Source of the DNA: Mobula hypostoma
Taxonomy: Eukaryota
NCBI RefSeq assembly: GCF_963921235.1
Contig: NC_086108.1
Location: forward strand, 26,972,001 to 27,036,000
Direction of reading: 5' to 3'
DNA: 64,000 bases
The translations under genes were made by a program, and so were the position numbers. The notes below the pieces were generated by a model. That model searched no databases and was not told the origin of the DNA. It worked only from the letters and a program-made list of their open reading frames with translations. Positions 62,825 to 64,000 of this stretch are shown here, piece after piece (position 1 is the stretch's first letter; every line of letters begins with the position of its first letter).

Positions 62825-63183
62825 AACTGAAGGAAGAGTTAGTAAGAGATTTGAAAGTGGGAGGGGGAGGGGGAGATCCAAAGTGATAGGAGAAGACAGG
62901 AGCGGGAGGGATGGAGCCAAGAGCTGGACAGGTGATTGGCAAAGGGGATACGAGAGGATCATGGGACAGGAAGTCCGGGGAGAAAGACAAGGGCGGGGGG
63001 AACCAGAGGGTGGGCAAGGGGTATAGTCAGAGGGACAGAGGGAGAAAAAGGAGAGTGAGAGAAAGAATGTGTGTATAAAAATAAATAACGGATAGGGTAT
63101 GAGGGGGAGGTGGGGTATTAGAGAAGTCGATGTTCATCCCATCAGGTTGGAGGCTACCCAGACGGAATATAAGGTGTTGTTCC

Positions 63184-63465
63184 TGCGTCCGGTGCTCCCG
63201 ATGTGGCCTTCTATATATTGGCGAGACCCGACGCAGACTGGGAGACCGCTTTGCTGAATACCTATGCTCTGTCTGCCAGAGAAAGCAGGATCTCCCAGTG
63301 GCCACACATTTTAATTCCACATCCCATTCCCATTCTGACATGTCTATCCACGGCCTCCTCTACTGTAAAGATGAAGCCACACTCAGGTTGGAGGAACAAC
63401 ATCTTATATTCCGTCTGGGTAGCCTCCAACCTGATGGCATGAACATCGACTTCTCCAACTTCCTC
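63184..63465 (+). pseudogene. PLE GIY-YIG endonuclease domain, 5'-truncated
   Basis: CVRCSRCGLLYIGETRRRLGDRFAEYL...PVATHFN...RLEEQHLIFRLGSLQPDGMN. Confidence 0.9.
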
Positions 63466-63768
63466 GAATGCCCCACCTCCCCCTCGTACCCCATCCGTTC
63501 CGTTATTTATTTTTATACGCACATTCTTTCTCTCACTCTCCTTTTTCTCTCTCTGTCCCTCTGACTATACCCCTTGCCCAGCCTCTGGTCCCCCCCCCCA
63601 CCTTGTCTTTCTCCCCAGACCTCCTGTCCCATGATCCTCTCAAATCCCCTTTGCCAATCACCTGTCCAGCTCTTGGCTCCATCCCTCCCCCTCCTGTCTT
63701 CTCCTATCATTTTGGATCTCCCCCTCCCCCTCCCACTTTCAAATCTCTCACTAACTCTTCCTTCAGTT

Positions 63769-63804
63769 AGTCCTGATGAGGGGTCTCAGCCTGAAACGTC
63801 GACT
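63769..63804 (+). ncRNA. Minimal type I hammerhead ribozyme
   Basis: AGTC-CTGATGA-GGGGTCTCAGCCT-GAAA-CGTC-GACT. Confidence 0.8.
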
Positions 63805-64000
63805 GCACCTCTTCCTAGAGATGCTGTCTGGCCTGCTGCGTTCACCAGAAACTTTGATGTGTGTTGCTGTGATTTTTAGACCATTAGTTAAAATTTCAAA
63901 ATAAATTTACCACCAAAGTTCAATATACTACTTGAGATTCATTTTCTCACAGGCATTTACATGGAAAAAAGAAATACAATAGAATTCCATGAAAAACTAT

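Larger units (their letters stand above)
62687..63867. mobile_element. Young inverted PLE insertion
   Basis: Minus arm 62687-63184, plus arm 63183-63867; perfect 14-bp TSD tgtgatttttagac (62673-62686, 63868-63881). Confidence 0.93.

Noticed and set aside
63130..63564. 144-aa ORF as an intact endonuclease gene
   Set aside because: The first 18 codons come from the inverted arm; the ORF spans the inversion junction and no RT is present
11883..63879. Recurrent short ORFs such as MLVNAAGQAASIGR.., SPDEGSRPETST.. and LTKGLGLKRR..
   Set aside because: They are translations of the non-coding PLE 3' repeat in various frames, not a gene family
1..64000. CRISPR array, operon or other prokaryotic system
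   Set aside because: No regularly spaced direct repeats with unique spacers and no dense coding; the content is vertebrate TE-derived

Overview
Eukaryotic, repeat-dominated non-coding DNA. The repeat content (CR1, Rex1/Babar-type and L1 LINEs, V-SINE/HE1-like SINEs, Penelope-like elements) suggests a cartilaginous fish, probably a ray; this is an inference. No host exon could be supported, and every recognisable protein motif is transposon-derived. Main contents: (1) a Tf1/sushi-type Ty3/Gypsy element (1-3779, minus) whose LTR carries an exact 11-nt complement of its primer-binding site, the signature of self-priming; (2) a second, decayed Gypsy with both LTRs (51537-55735); (3) Penelope-like elements (PLEs) with GIY-YIG endonuclease remnants and minimal hammerhead ribozymes, three of them young inverted (fold-back) insertions with 14-15 bp target-site duplications (TSDs); (4) a mariner-derived element, a Chapaev3-like remnant, solo LTRs, and many truncated LINEs and SINEs, often nested. 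The most interesting signals are RNA-level: the PLE hammerheads, the apparent fold-back inside the hammerhead core, and the self-priming LTR. These belong to known classes, and I cannot claim a wholly undescribed system from this window. Boundaries of old elements are approximate.
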